Below, piece after piece: positions 16,430-17,095 of a stretch of 17,095 nucleotides of DNA. The stretch's first letter is position 1; the number at the start of each line of letters is the position of its first letter. The stretch comes from Deltaproteobacteria bacterium (GTDB lineage Bacteria; Myxococcota_A; UBA9160; SMWR01). The stretch spans positions 1 to 17,095 of the forward strand of contig JAQBGU010000075.1 of the NCBI GenBank assembly GCA_032128375.1. The letters run 5' to 3'. The notes beneath the pieces are model-generated. The model was not told the origin of the DNA, ran no database searches, and saw nothing but the letters and a program-made list of their open reading frames with translations. The position numbers and the translations under genes are program-made.

Positions 16430-17095
16430 ATGAGTCAGGCAATCGTTCAAGACGATTCGCAATACCGCGCCTACCGCATCGAGATCGAAGGCGAGCCCAT
16501 GACCCGAGCTCTCGGGACAGGGCTTGCGGTCATTCTTGGTCTCAACACCGCATTCATTGGACTGGACTACTTCCTGTTTCCAAGACTCTTCGCTCCGATG
16601 CTCGGATTTCGGCTGAGCTGCAATTTTGTAATGGCAGTCCTGTTGATGCGCACGCGCCACACGCACCCGCTTGCAGCGGCCTACGCAGGATGTCTCCTGA
16701 TGGGCTTGGCACTGATCGCCGTGATTCAAGCCGCCGGCGGAATCGCTAGTGGATACGCGCCAGGCCTGTTGCTGCTGTTCTGTGGAATGCCAGTGTTACT
16801 CCCTCTTCGAGCACAACAGGCCGCAAAGATCGTGTTCTCGCTCTCAGCGCTCGCTGCCGCTCTTCCATTTGCACTCGGTCCCGACCTCGCAATGGCTCCT
16901 TACGTTGTGAGCCTGGTGTTTCCGCTAGCCGCAGCATTCGAGAGCGTCGCGGCTTGTTGGTTGCTGGATGGAATGGGATACACCGACTTCCTTCGCCGGC
17001 GCGAGCTAGAGCTCGCTCGGGATCAGCTCAAGGAGCTGGATCGGGAGAAGTCTCGGTTTACTGCGAATGTGCATCATGAGCTTCGGACTCCGTTG
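16430..17095 (+). CDS. Membrane sensor histidine kinase (~6 TM input domain + HisKA H-box); partial, runs off the window
   Basis: Manual translation from ATG 16430 is open to the window end (222 codons): MSQAIVQDDSQYRAY...LAVILGLNTAFIGLDYFLFP...GGIASGYAPGLLLLFCGMPVLLP...RRRELELARDQLKELDREKSRFTANVHHELRTPL. Absent from the ORF track. Confidence 0.92.
   Translation, partial: MSQAIVQDDSQYRAYRIEIEGEPMTRALGTGLAVILGLNTAFIGLDYFLFPRLFAPMLGFRLSCNFVMAVLLMRTRHTHPLAAAYAGCLLMGLALIAVIQAAGGIASGYAPGLLLLFCGMPVLLPLRAQQAAKIVFSLSALAAALPFALGPDLAMAPYVVSLVFPLAAAFESVAACWLLDGMGYTDFLRRRELELARDQLKELDREKSRFTANVHHELRTPL

Noticed and set aside
1..17095. tRNA/rRNA genes, IS elements, integrases, prophage genes
   Set aside because: None recognised; the intergenic spaces are short and show no such signatures by eye.

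Overview
GC-rich bacterial window. The gene content is loosely suggestive of a deltaproteobacterial/Myxococcota-like organism, but this is not provable here. From left to right: the 5' part of a secreted Cys-type arylsulfatase (minus strand, missing from the ORF track); a heavily deleted remnant of a second, long-type arylsulfatase; a MoxR ATPase / DUF58 / TgpA-like transglutaminase operon; a lipoprotein zinc aminopeptidase overlapping prmA head-to-head; an Rmd-like NDP-sugar reductase; a HAD hydrolase coupled to a P-loop kinase-dCMP deaminase fusion (Dcd1/AvcD architecture) with a T10 tract at the domain junction. The right-hand ~6.6 kb is the most interesting part: a LolA-like carrier, an AT-rich palindromic control region, an 841-aa PilZ (c-di-GMP) + LuxD-like acyl-ACP thioesterase + SAM methyltransferase fusion, an MMPL/RND exporter, and a ~6-TM histidine kinase (partial, missing from the ORF track). 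I infer this may be an undescribed c-di-GMP-gated lipid (possibly fatty-acid methyl ester) signal synthesis/export/sensing module. All family assignments come from motif recognition by eye; no searches were run.
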